NCBI GenBank assembly: GCA_046482725.1
Contig: JAWOEN010000036.1
Coordinates: 1 to 39,888 of the forward strand
Direction: 5' to 3'
DNA length: 39,888 nucleotides
DNA from: Candidatus Cloacimonadales bacterium
GTDB taxonomy: Bacteria > Cloacimonadota > Cloacimonadia > Cloacimonadales > TCS61
Part shown: one piece after another, positions 17,115 through 26,291 of the stretch
Layout: the number at the start of each line of letters is the position of its first letter
How positions within the stretch are numbered: position 1 is the first letter of the stretch
Made by a program: the position numbers and the translations under genes
The notes under the pieces: model-generated
Database searches by the model: none
Seen by the model: the letters and a program-made list of their open reading frames with translations, nothing else
Told to the model about the DNA's origin: nothing

Positions 17115-17148
17115 GCTTACACCTCCGAGGTTGTTTCTTATTTATTTC

Positions 17149-17868
17149 TTAATATGCACCTTTTCCACTGAAGACTGCTCCTACAGTGCGTAAAAGTAAT
17201 GAGATATCGCTCCAGATACCGTTGTATTCTCTGATATATTGTTTATCCAGCTCCACTTGCTGTTCGAAAGGGATATCGCTTCTGCCACTCACTTGCCAGA
17301 TGCAAGTAATGCCGGGAATCACATCCAATCTTTTATGATCCTCGATCGAATATTCTGCTACTTCTCGCGGCAGAGGCGGTCTGGGACCAACCAAGCTCAT
17401 ATCTCCTTTCAGTACATTCAGAAGCTGAGGTAATTCGTCAATACTAAATCTTCTGATAATGCGACCTACCTTGGTTATCCGCGGATCTCGTTTCATCTTA
17501 AAGATCACGCCATCCCCAGATTCATTTTGCTGCAAAAGCTGATCTTTCAGCTTATCTGCATTCATCACCATCGAACGAAATTTATAAAAATCAAATTCTC
17601 GCCCATTCTTACCTACTCTGGTTTGAGAATAAAAAATTGTACCAGGATCTTCCAGATAAATCGCAATCGCAGTAAAGAGAAAGATAGGGGAAAATAGGAT
17701 CAGAAAAATTAGTGAAAAGATCAGATCCATCGAGCGTTTTAGCAAATAGGAAGATTTCAGGACAAACTCAAAAGTTGCCTGACGCTTTCTCATTCGCTTC
17801 ATCTGCTTTTTATTTGATCTTTTACCAAAACTCTGCGCAAAATCATTTAGCTCTTTTTTATCTTTCAT
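17149..17868 (-). CDS. Undecaprenyl-phosphate sugar-phosphate transferase (small monotopic PGT, PglC/WbaP C-terminal-domain family)
   Basis: 'LKRSMDLIFSLIFLILFSPIFLF', 'YKFRSM', 'RRFSIDELPQLLNVLKGDMSLVGPRPPLPRE' and 'PGITCIWQVSGRS' form a complete bacterial sugar transferase signature with the DE dyad intact. Confidence 0.85.
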   Translation of the reverse strand: MKDKKELNDFAQSFGKRSNKKQMKRMRKRQATFEFVLKSSYLLKRSMDLIFSLIFLILFSPIFLFTAIAIYLEDPGTIFYSQTRVGKNGREFDFYKFRSMVMNADKLKDQLLQQNESGDGVIFKMKRDPRITKVGRIIRRFSIDELPQLLNVLKGDMSLVGPRPPLPREVAEYSIEDHKRLDVIPGITCIWQVSGRSDIPFEQQVELDKQYIREYNGIWSDISLLLRTVGAVFSGKGAY

Positions 17869-18632
17869 AGCAGCCTCAATTTTTTTTTATCACTCTTTTT
17901 TTTCCATTTCAGCAAACGGATGATAAACAAAGGATTTCCGATAATATAGCGCCGCCACATACGAGCTGGTTCTTGCAACAATCGAAAGACCCATTCGATA
18001 CCCAATCTCCTCATCCAGAACGGAGCCCGTGGGATATTGCCGGAATAAAAATCGAAAAGTCCACCTACTCCCAGCTGAATCGGGCAGTTGATCTCGGCAA
18101 AATGCTGAGCTATCCATTTCTCCTGAAAAGGCGCTCCAAAAGCTACCAATAATATATCTGCCCGGCTGGCATTGAGCTCAGCGATAACTTCTGCACTTTC
18201 TAAGTCGCGCTCAAAATAGCCATGCCGAACCCCGACAATTTGCAGCTTCGGATATTTTCTCAACAAATTTTCTCGCATCTTTTCGGCTATGCCCGGCCTG
18301 GCTCCCAATAAAAAAAGTCGCCGCTCATGTCGCTCTGAATATTCGCAAAGCAGAGGCAATAGATCGGTTCCATTGACATTATCCACTATCTGGGTTTTGA
18401 CTATTTTGCTGGCATAACGCACACCACTGCCATCTCCCAAAATATAAGAAGTAGATTGCAAAACTCGCTTGTACTCTTCATCCAAATAGAGCTTATTGAA
18501 ACAATCCGCATTTACAAAGAAAAATTTTGCCTTCGCTTGCGCGGCAATTATCTGCTCAATCTCAGCAATCGTATCAGACTTTGTCAGATTCAGTACATTC
18601 AGATCGAACAAATTTATTACAGGATATTTCAT
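17865..18632 (-). CDS. WecB/TagA/CpsF-family glycosyltransferase (GT26)
   Basis: 'FFFVNADCFN', 'ILGDGSGVRYASK', 'LFLLGARPGIAEK', 'LLVAFGAPFQEKW' and 'GVGGLFDFYSGNIPRAP.WMRRLGIEWVFRLLQEP' are characteristic of GT26. Confidence 0.85.
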   Translation of the reverse strand: MKYPVINLFDLNVLNLTKSDTIAEIEQIIAAQAKAKFFFVNADCFNKLYLDEEYKRVLQSTSYILGDGSGVRYASKIVKTQIVDNVNGTDLLPLLCEYSERHERRLFLLGARPGIAEKMRENLLRKYPKLQIVGVRHGYFERDLESAEVIAELNASRADILLVAFGAPFQEKWIAQHFAEINCPIQLGVGGLFDFYSGNIPRAPFWMRRLGIEWVFRLLQEPARMWRRYIIGNPLFIIRLLKWKKKSDKKKLRLL

Positions 18633-19753
18633 AGCTCGCTTTCCTTGTACAATTGTATAATTTTTTCACAATGCAATTTCCATTGAAAATATTTCAAGCG
18701 GGCTCTACCTTTGTCAATAAGTTCTTTGCACTTCTCTGCATCAGAGAGTACTTCCTCTATTTTTTCAGCGATCTCAGCTGGCTTGTCTGGATTAAATAGC
18801 AGAGCTTGCTCGCCGACAACTTCCGGCAGTGGACCGCGATCGGAGCTGATTACCGGAATCCCACACGCCATCGCTTCTACCAAAGGAATGCCAAAGCCTT
18901 CATAAAAAGAGGGCATCACAAAAAGCGTTGCATTTTTATAAAGATCAATCAAATCTTCTGCAGGGAAAAAACCGGTAAAATTTATCTTATCCCGATCTGC
19001 TGAACGCTCTTTGTAGGCCAACACTTCCTCACTGCGTTCTTTGAAACCACCGGCACAAACCAGATTGTATTCTGCTTTTATCGTTTTTGGTAGGCGTTCA
19101 TAAGCTTTGATCAAATTCAGATGATTTTTACCCGGATGCTCTACCCGGGCTACATAAAGGATATATTTCTTATCACTTTCCAAGATATCTTGCCGACTCT
19201 TCTCAGCTGGCTCAGAATTGAACTTCTTGCTGTCATAGCCGTTATAAGCAACTGTAATCTTAGCTTCGGGACAATGATAAAACCTGATCAGATCGGCTTT
19301 GGTCGCCTTACTCACCGCTACGATTTTATCGACTTTCCGCAAAAAATATGGAATGACTCTTTTTATATAAAACATGCGCAATGGATCATATTTATTTTGA
19401 ATATGAAATTGGGAGAGGTCATGAAAGGTGGTGATGGTAAAAATAGGATAATAGGCAAAAATCCTGCGGTTTCCCGCCGGAAGAAAGATAAAATCATATT
19501 TTTTATATTTATATCGAAAAGGCAGGATAAAGAGATGCCAAAGCATACTATATATCGGCTTTGCCAATTTATCTGTAACTGTGATAAATCTGATATTACT
19601 ATTTTTTATCGGAAAATTATTCAGGTCATCACGTAAGATCAAAATATCTAATTTGTGCTTTTGAGAAAGCTGATAAACTACATTATTGATATAATCAGAT
19701 ATGCCACTTTGCCCTCGATCGTAAGCCAGCGCACTGATAAATATTTTATACAT
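18629..19753 (-). CDS. Glycosyltransferase family 4
   Basis: 'LFVMPSFYEGFGIPLVEAMACGIPVISSDRGPLPEVVG' is the GT4 EX7E region. The gene overlaps its neighbour by 4 nt. Confidence 0.85.
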   Translation of the reverse strand: MYKIFISALAYDRGQSGISDYINNVVYQLSQKHKLDILILRDDLNNFPIKNSNIRFITVTDKLAKPIYSMLWHLFILPFRYKYKKYDFIFLPAGNRRIFAYYPIFTITTFHDLSQFHIQNKYDPLRMFYIKRVIPYFLRKVDKIVAVSKATKADLIRFYHCPEAKITVAYNGYDSKKFNSEPAEKSRQDILESDKKYILYVARVEHPGKNHLNLIKAYERLPKTIKAEYNLVCAGGFKERSEEVLAYKERSADRDKINFTGFFPAEDLIDLYKNATLFVMPSFYEGFGIPLVEAMACGIPVISSDRGPLPEVVGEQALLFNPDKPAEIAEKIEEVLSDAEKCKELIDKGRARLKYFQWKLHCEKIIQLYKESEL

Positions 19754-19762
19754 GATTACTCC

Positions 19763-20671
19763 TTATGGTTCGTAACGCGAAAGCACATTTACTTGTCCCT
19801 TGCTAGGATCTGTATCACCGGTGCGAACTCTTTTATATCCCAAGCGCAACCCTTTGTAATGCGCCCATTGATAGACAAAGTTTCGGGGAATGATCGAGCC
19901 CATCCGAGCAAAATCTCTGGCCTGCAGATATGTGATAAAATCGCGCAGACAGCCTCTGAAGAATTTTAGCTTGGCTTTGATAATGCTAGGACGAGCAGCA
20001 TAGATAAAGGCATCAGCTTCGCCTTCTACAAATTTCCTACCAAAAATTTGCTGGAGTGTATAGTTATGAGAGTGCATAATAAGCGCATCTTTCACATATT
20101 TTATCTTCATCCCATTCTGCACAGCCCATTCGCCCCACTCTGTATCTTCCGAAGCCCAGGCCTCAGTATAAAATTTGTGCTTTTCCCAAGCGGATTTCCG
20201 CATCGCTGCCATCGGCAAAGAGAGACGTATCCAGGGCGGAGTCTCCTCCGCATCGGGAAAACTAAGTGCATAATCTTTTCTCACCCAAGTATCAGCTTCC
20301 GGACGCGGTAATTGTCTGGTAAGCGCTGCCTCGATCTCTAGATCATCAAAGGCTGCGACCAATCTTTGCAAAGTATGCTGAGAAAGAGGAACTCCATCAG
20401 AATTTTGGAAAACTATAATCTCTGCTTTGGCCTCTTTGATTGCCATATTGAGCACAGCTCCCGGATAATATTGGGTCGGCTCGATCTGGATCAAGCGACA
20501 GGGATACTCTTTGACAATATCCAAAGTACTATCAGTAGAGCCACTATCCACCACAATCAATTCAAAATCTTTGAAAGTCTGAGCATGCAAACCTGCCAAA
20601 GCTTCGGCAATTACCCAGTCAGAATTTTTACAGCGCATGATCACAGATACTTTTGGTTTTTTACTCATCAT
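19763..20671 (-). CDS. Glycosyltransferase family 2
   Basis: 'VSVIMRCKNSDWVIAEALAGLHAQTFKDFELIVVDSGSTDSTLDI' is the GT2 N-terminal signature, and 'FQNSDG' supplies a DxD-like motif. The start is set at ATG 20671 because AAGGAAG lies just upstream; the track's start at 20698 would overlap the upstream gene by 38 nt. Confidence 0.85.
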   Translation of the reverse strand: MMSKKPKVSVIMRCKNSDWVIAEALAGLHAQTFKDFELIVVDSGSTDSTLDIVKEYPCRLIQIEPTQYYPGAVLNMAIKEAKAEIIVFQNSDGVPLSQHTLQRLVAAFDDLEIEAALTRQLPRPEADTWVRKDYALSFPDAEETPPWIRLSLPMAAMRKSAWEKHKFYTEAWASEDTEWGEWAVQNGMKIKYVKDALIMHSHNYTLQQIFGRKFVEGEADAFIYAARPSIIKAKLKFFRGCLRDFITYLQARDFARMGSIIPRNFVYQWAHYKGLRLGYKRVRTGDTDPSKGQVNVLSRYEP

Positions 20672-21485
20672 TTTCTTCCTTCTTTGATAGCAGCTCACTC
20701 ATCCAGATAGTCTCATGTGCTTCTAAAAAGTCCAAGATTCTCTGGAACGAGATAAATTTGTCGCATAAATAGAGTGTGATGGGATGGATAATCAGGTTGG
20801 AGATCACGCCGTTTTTCTCATTAGCGGCCAATTGCTGCAGCACCAGGTCAGTCCACTCTTCCACATAATAAGATTCAGCGCCAAAATCATCTGACCAATT
20901 ATAGCGCTTTTGCCACTTTTCGATCCACTGGGGAGTGCGTTCAGCGTGGATCAGATGTTCATGATCCGGGATAATATTGAGGGGAAAATTGTAGATACCA
21001 CTAGGATGTTTGATCAAGCCATTGGACTCTTTTTTCACACCATCCGAGCAGATTTTGATGCCGCCAGCGTAGAGTATAGTTTCAGTATTTTTGCCATGCA
21101 TATACATATGATTTCGCCAAACCTGTAAATCCCGATTGGTTTTTTGTTTGATAATATGAGCAGTTTTGCGCAGATCGCGGCGCTGATACCAGCGCGGGCC
21201 ATTGTAGCTGTCGATCAATTTATTCCAAATGCGATGCCACAGAGTATGCTCAAAGCAATCGTAATTGTGCCCGCCCAATTCCACATTATCACTTTGGCAA
21301 ATTTGTTGCAAATCATCCCACTCTTCGGCAAAACTTTTACCCGAGATGAAGTAAGTAACTTTCACCTTGGCTTGCTGCAGCATTTTATTATAGATCTGGG
21401 CGCACTGAATTTCGCTGATCTCGCAATGCTGCTGATTTCCCGTGTTCAAGGAAGCGTGATGGATATCGCCGGTAAGACAGATCAT
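20661..21485 (-). CDS. Hypothetical protein, possibly a divergent polysaccharide deacetylase-like (NodB/CE4-related) enzyme
   Basis: It has His-rich motifs spaced like NodB motifs: 'LTGDIHH' versus TFDDG, 'ELGGHNYDCFEH' versus H[ST]xxH, and 'VWRNHMY' versus RxPY. The resemblance is weak and was judged by eye only. Confidence 0.35.
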   Translation of the reverse strand: MICLTGDIHHASLNTGNQQHCEISEIQCAQIYNKMLQQAKVKVTYFISGKSFAEEWDDLQQICQSDNVELGGHNYDCFEHTLWHRIWNKLIDSYNGPRWYQRRDLRKTAHIIKQKTNRDLQVWRNHMYMHGKNTETILYAGGIKICSDGVKKESNGLIKHPSGIYNFPLNIIPDHEHLIHAERTPQWIEKWQKRYNWSDDFGAESYYVEEWTDLVLQQLAANEKNGVISNLIIHPITLYLCDKFISFQRILDFLEAHETIWMSELLSKKEENDE

Positions 21486-22711
21486 TGGGGGCCTCCTTTT
21501 TCATCCAAAGCTATCTTATATTTTTTTAGTGTATTGACAAAGTTGAGGTCTCCATACTTGCCCCAATAGCGCAAATATGCTCGACGAAGCGCTGCAAAAT
21601 CTGCTGGAGAATCCAAGAAGTCTTGAGCAATCTCCTTAAATTTTGGCTCAGATAATTTATAGGCAAAAAGAGGGAACAAGATCGGTAATACACCGGCTTC
21701 GCCCAAAGATTTGAAGCCCAGTTTTGCTTTGAAGTTTCCGCTTTTCAAAGTTTTTTGAGTTTTCAATAAATGATAGATTTTTTTAGCAAAGGGTTTGGCT
21801 TGCCAGAATTGCTCTCCCCAAGCGTGTTGAAATGCTTTACTGGGATATTGAGACCAGATGATAGATTGCTGCTGCAAGCGCTTGCTTTCGCAGAGCAAAA
21901 AGATTTCCTGAAAATGTTCGCGCAATTCTTCTGTCCAGGCGCCAAGATCTTTGGCCAAATATTTGGGATAATCGGGTTGGAAACGAAAATTCATCGCCTC
22001 ATCATAGATCGCTTTGAATTTCTCATTTACATCAGATCTTTGCTGCATCTTCTGCTGTTTTTGCAGATAGCTCCAGCTATAATCATCCAAGAAAAAAAGC
22101 AGTGTATCGCCGTAGCCGATAATTGCTTTGATAATATGCTTCACGATCAATCTTTTTAGTTTCTCATCCAATTGAGCTTTCTCTAAGATCAGGTCATTGA
22201 TGATCATCAAAGTTCCCCGATTTACCAAGAGATTTCGGGCATCCCAAGCTGGAATTTTATCTAAAGAAAAATGTCTGAGTGCCGGCACAAAGTCAGCATT
22301 ACCATAAATTGTTTTATGACCAAAACGCATATCATACCAGATGATGCGGCAAGCAGCAGATTGCAATTTCCGGGCAGAAATCACGCTTAGATCAATCCCA
22401 ATATTCAGTTTTTTTGATTTCGCTTCCAGCTTCAGCATCAATGCTTTTTTTATGCGATCATTCTCCGATTCGCTCTGATTATTACTCAATAGTATAAAAT
22501 CAAAATTGTTATGAGGTTTTTCCATACCGGCTTCTATCACCACACCGCCTTCTCCGCGTCCATAACCACCTAGCATTATCAGTGCTTCATAATCAGATTC
22601 CGGCAAATCTTCGATGATGGTAGTTGCTATCTCTGCTACCATATCTCGGATCAATTGCTCTACTTTTTCTGTGCCACGCACGGTAAATTTCCCCCAGGCT
22701 GCTTTATCCAT
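21482..22711 (-). CDS. Hypothetical protein with an N-terminal polymerase-beta-type nucleotidyltransferase-like motif
   Basis: 'ALIMLGGYGRGEGGV....NNFDFILL' resembles the G[SG]x9-13DxD minimal NTase signature (compare the GlnD/GlnE-type 'GGYGRxE'). The C-terminal ~250 aa look helical and match no family I recognise. The gene overlaps both neighbours, by 4 nt and by 1 nt. Confidence 0.4.
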   Translation of the reverse strand: MDKAAWGKFTVRGTEKVEQLIRDMVAEIATTIIEDLPESDYEALIMLGGYGRGEGGVVIEAGMEKPHNNFDFILLSNNQSESENDRIKKALMLKLEAKSKKLNIGIDLSVISARKLQSAACRIIWYDMRFGHKTIYGNADFVPALRHFSLDKIPAWDARNLLVNRGTLMIINDLILEKAQLDEKLKRLIVKHIIKAIIGYGDTLLFFLDDYSWSYLQKQQKMQQRSDVNEKFKAIYDEAMNFRFQPDYPKYLAKDLGAWTEELREHFQEIFLLCESKRLQQQSIIWSQYPSKAFQHAWGEQFWQAKPFAKKIYHLLKTQKTLKSGNFKAKLGFKSLGEAGVLPILFPLFAYKLSEPKFKEIAQDFLDSPADFAALRRAYLRYWGKYGDLNFVNTLKKYKIALDEKGGPQ

Positions 22712-23865
22712 TATTTCCTCCCGGATATTTCATAAAAAGTTTGATACAATTTAGCGATGTGAAAATCAGGAATAAATCTCTCTTGATAATCGGCCAATCC
22801 CTGCTGACCAAATTGATTTGCCAAATCCCGATCTGCTGCCAATTTTTCGAGCGCTGATGCCAGTTTCTCCACATTATTGGAAGGCACTAAAAATCCATTT
22901 TTCCCATCTTGCAGCCAAGTAGAGATTCCACCAACATCAGTAGCGATAATTGCTGTGCCATAACTCATGGCTTCTAGGCCAGTCAATCCAAACGTCTCGG
23001 GACTGCGGCTAGGCATCAGCAAGCAGATGGCTCGCCGATAATAAGCGGCCAAGGCGCTCTGCGAAATCCTACCTGTCCAGATCACATTTTGTGATATCTG
23101 CAGCTTCTCCGCCAACTGCTTGAACTCATCTTCCTGCGCCCCGGAGCCACAAATTATCAATTGCTCGGTCAAGGCTAATTTGGCCCAAGCTCGCAATAAA
23201 ATATCGATTCCCTTACCGCGCACGATTTGACCCACGAAGAGAAAGATATCTTTCTTTTGCTCTTCTGCAATATCGGGTTCTTTGCTCGAAAACAGATGAT
23301 TAACCAAAATTTTAGCAGCGGGAAAATGATGGGCTAGCAGATGATTGCGCATATATTCCGAGCCCACAATTATCTTATCCAATTTCATATTGGCTTTTTG
23401 CTCTGCCCGCATCTTTGCCAAGCTGTTCAGTTTCAGATAGGGAAAAGCTGATTTTTTGCCGATAAATCCCAAACAGGGAAAACAGACTGGGCCAATCGGC
23501 ACCGTACATGTTTCCAATTTTCGGGTAGTGTATTTATGCTGGCGCAGACAAAATAATTTATGATCGTGAAAAAATCTGAGAACCGGGATTTTGCTTTCCA
23601 AGATCTCCAAAATTGGCTTTCTGCCATCTAATCTTTGGATGTAGATCAGATCTGGCGCAATTTCCTTGATCTGTCTTTTCAGCTCTACCATGGGAAAAGC
23701 AGCCTCAAAAAGCTGGAGAAATTTTATCTCATTTTTGCCTGCCACAGCGTAGAGCAAAGTGGATTTTACCTGATATTTTTCTCTTAGCAATTTTACGCAA
23801 TCCAACATATAGCGCTCACAGCCTCCGGTAAAATCGGCTACTTCATTTATCCATAAAACGTGCAT
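22711..23865 (-). CDS. Glycosyltransferase family 4
   Basis: 'LLMPSRSPETFGLTGLEAMSYGTAIIATDVGGISTWLQDGKNGFLV'. The start is set at ATG 23865 because AAGGAG lies 6 nt upstream, which removes the 19-nt overlap implied by the track. Confidence 0.85.
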   Translation of the reverse strand: MHVLWINEVADFTGGCERYMLDCVKLLREKYQVKSTLLYAVAGKNEIKFLQLFEAAFPMVELKRQIKEIAPDLIYIQRLDGRKPILEILESKIPVLRFFHDHKLFCLRQHKYTTRKLETCTVPIGPVCFPCLGFIGKKSAFPYLKLNSLAKMRAEQKANMKLDKIIVGSEYMRNHLLAHHFPAAKILVNHLFSSKEPDIAEEQKKDIFLFVGQIVRGKGIDILLRAWAKLALTEQLIICGSGAQEDEFKQLAEKLQISQNVIWTGRISQSALAAYYRRAICLLMPSRSPETFGLTGLEAMSYGTAIIATDVGGISTWLQDGKNGFLVPSNNVEKLASALEKLAADRDLANQFGQQGLADYQERFIPDFHIAKLYQTFYEISGRK

Positions 23866-23867
23866 TC

Positions 23868-25043
23868 TTAGCTCCTTGCTCGCCAATTATTTATCATCTC
23901 CACCAAATTTTGGGCTACCACACTATCGAGATATTTCTCATAGCTTTTCTGCTGCAGATTTGCCCCCATCTTTTCCGCGAGTTGGGGATTTTCGACCAGC
24001 TTGAGAATGGCCTCAGCAAATCCTTTTTTTTCATCTGCAATGATAATTTCATTGGGCTCAAATTCAAATCCTTCTGCCCCGATCGAGGTAGAGATTACGG
24101 CAGTTTTCAGATTGGCCGCTTCCAAGATGCGCGTTCTGGTACCCGAAGCGATCCTGATGGGTAGGATGGTAAACAGCGAATTAGCTATCTCTGCATTGAT
24201 ATCTTCTACTTCTCCTTTCAAATCCAGTAATTCCAGTTCTTTTGCTTTTGCCGCCATTTCCTCGGTTTGGTGCCGTCCCACGATTCTGATCTTCATCTGC
24301 TGCTGCTGCAATTTAGCGGCGACCAAGGGATATATTTCGTCGGTCAGAAAATCAAAAGCATCGCTGTTGGCAGCAGAATTTAATGTTCCAAAAAATAGAA
24401 TATAATTTTGCTTCGTTTGGGGAAGAGGATAATCGGCTGCTTGCATCACGTTGGGCATAACCTGCAAGAGAGATTTTGAGATAGAGTAGACGCTATCTTC
24501 TTGCGCCATCTCTTTTTCCAGATAATTGGTAAATAGAAAGAGATATGGTTTGTTGAAGAGTATTTTCTCATAATGTCTAAATTTTTTATTCTGGATATAA
24601 AAATATCTATTCTTGAAAGTGGGATTATTTTGCCAGGAGAGCTTGGTAAGGCGTGACATCAGCATGTCGATATCAAAAACTATCTTGGCATTCGGCAAAA
24701 TCTCTGCCGCTATGTCTGCTAGCAGGGCGGGAGCAGCAAAGCGAATGAAGATAATTTCATAATTATTCTCTTTCAGAATCTGCCGAAATCTGTTTGTTGC
24801 CGCTTCGGAAAAGTTCATAATAGCTTCCGGTCTATTAAACAGGGGCTTGGTCGTAGAAAGTTCATAAAAATTATGCTGCCCCACATGCTCCTGATACTGA
24901 TAATCTGGAGCTAAATAATCTTGCAAAAGTAAAAGATCAACCTCGAAATTTTCGATCAAAGCTTTCCAGATAAATTTACTTCTGTTTTTATCTCCACCCT
25001 TTTCGCCTTGAAAGGGCCGATCGATATAGAGTAGTTTTGCCAT
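23868..25043 (-). CDS. Glycosyltransferase, GT4-like
   Basis: 'ILPIRIASGTRTRILEAANLKTAVISTSIGAEGFEF' matches the common GT4 C-terminal block (GGTRxKxLEAxAxGxPVVST.IGAEG). Confidence 0.75.
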   Translation of the reverse strand: MAKLLYIDRPFQGEKGGDKNRSKFIWKALIENFEVDLLLLQDYLAPDYQYQEHVGQHNFYELSTTKPLFNRPEAIMNFSEAATNRFRQILKENNYEIIFIRFAAPALLADIAAEILPNAKIVFDIDMLMSRLTKLSWQNNPTFKNRYFYIQNKKFRHYEKILFNKPYLFLFTNYLEKEMAQEDSVYSISKSLLQVMPNVMQAADYPLPQTKQNYILFFGTLNSAANSDAFDFLTDEIYPLVAAKLQQQQMKIRIVGRHQTEEMAAKAKELELLDLKGEVEDINAEIANSLFTILPIRIASGTRTRILEAANLKTAVISTSIGAEGFEFEPNEIIIADEKKGFAEAILKLVENPQLAEKMGANLQQKSYEKYLDSVVAQNLVEMINNWRARS

Positions 25044-25045
25044 TT

Positions 25046-26290
25046 TTATCTCTCCTTCTGTTTTGCGATAACACGTTTGTAAAAATTTATTAATCTATCG
25101 GTAATCGTCTCCCAAGAATATTGATCACACACTTCCTGATAAGCTTGCGGGATGATTTCACTTTTTCTCTGGCGCATCTCATAAAATTTTTCTACCAATT
25201 CATCCAAATCGTCTTGGTGGAAAAACAAGCCAGTCGCGCCGTCAGAGATCAGCTTTTGCAAGCCGCCCACATGATGTGCTATTACCGGTAATTTACTAGC
25301 CCAAGCCTCTAGAGCCACGATACCAAACGGCTCATGAATGGAAGGTAGGATAAAATAATCCGCTGTCAAAAATGCTTTGGTCAGATCAGCGTCATCAGGA
25401 GCCAAACCGGGAATTATCGTAACCTCCGCTGCCAAATCAAATTGCTCGATCCGCTGCTGGATCTGGGCTAGATATTTTTGGGAAGTCACAGGCCCGATCA
25501 AGAGAGTATGGACTTTTTCTCCTTGCTTTTTCAGGCGCTGCTGCAGATCGATTATTCTTATCTGATTTTTTTGATAATCAATCCTACTCACGCAAAGTAA
25601 GATTTCAGCATCACTCTCAATCTGATGTTTTTCGCGAAAATCATTATTATCTATCGCTTCGAATTTTTCTATATCAACCGCATTGGGTAGATACTCTACC
25701 AGTTTATCAGGATATTGGGCTTTGGTCGTCAGATATTCGTTATACCCAACACAGATTATCCCATCTGCATCGCTCAGAAAATGTGAGTTTTGATGAATTA
25801 GATCAAAAATTTTCCCGTAATTAAAGCTATGTTTCAGAGGTTGCATCATCTCTGCAATCTCACTTTGGGGCACTTCGAAAAATCCGCCATGAAAAGAGAT
25901 GACATAGGGAATATTGCGCTTTTGGGCTACTCTGCGCACAGTGTTGGCCAGGCGCTGCATAGTGTGGCAATGCAAGATCTGCAACTCAGGTTTTTGCAGT
26001 AGATATTTATAGAGTTGAGGAGAGTAAGGATTGCCGCCTTTCTTATCCAGAATATCTTGGTTTTTTTGGTTCAAGTTCAGGTAAGGATAAAAATAGTCAA
26101 AGCGCCTGATTTGCAAGCCTTCAACTGTTTCATGCTGTTTCGAACAAAGAGCTTTGGTCGCCAATATCTCGGTGGGATGCCCTTTCTTTTGCAACTGTTT
26201 GGAGCTATTAAAAACCACAGTTTCAGTTCCGCCCCATTCCTCAAAAGTAAATCTTCTCAGAATCTGACTGGAAACAATTTCATCTCGCAT
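25046..26290 (-). CDS. Glycosyltransferase family 4
   Basis: 'FILPSIHEPFGIVALEAWASKLPVIAHHVGGLQKLISDGATGLFF'. The gene begins 1 nt after the stop of the upstream sensor gene. Confidence 0.85.
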   Translation of the reverse strand: MRDEIVSSQILRRFTFEEWGGTETVVFNSSKQLQKKGHPTEILATKALCSKQHETVEGLQIRRFDYFYPYLNLNQKNQDILDKKGGNPYSPQLYKYLLQKPELQILHCHTMQRLANTVRRVAQKRNIPYVISFHGGFFEVPQSEIAEMMQPLKHSFNYGKIFDLIHQNSHFLSDADGIICVGYNEYLTTKAQYPDKLVEYLPNAVDIEKFEAIDNNDFREKHQIESDAEILLCVSRIDYQKNQIRIIDLQQRLKKQGEKVHTLLIGPVTSQKYLAQIQQRIEQFDLAAEVTIIPGLAPDDADLTKAFLTADYFILPSIHEPFGIVALEAWASKLPVIAHHVGGLQKLISDGATGLFFHQDDLDELVEKFYEMRQRKSEIIPQAYQEVCDQYSWETITDRLINFYKRVIAKQKER

Positions 26291-26291
26291 A

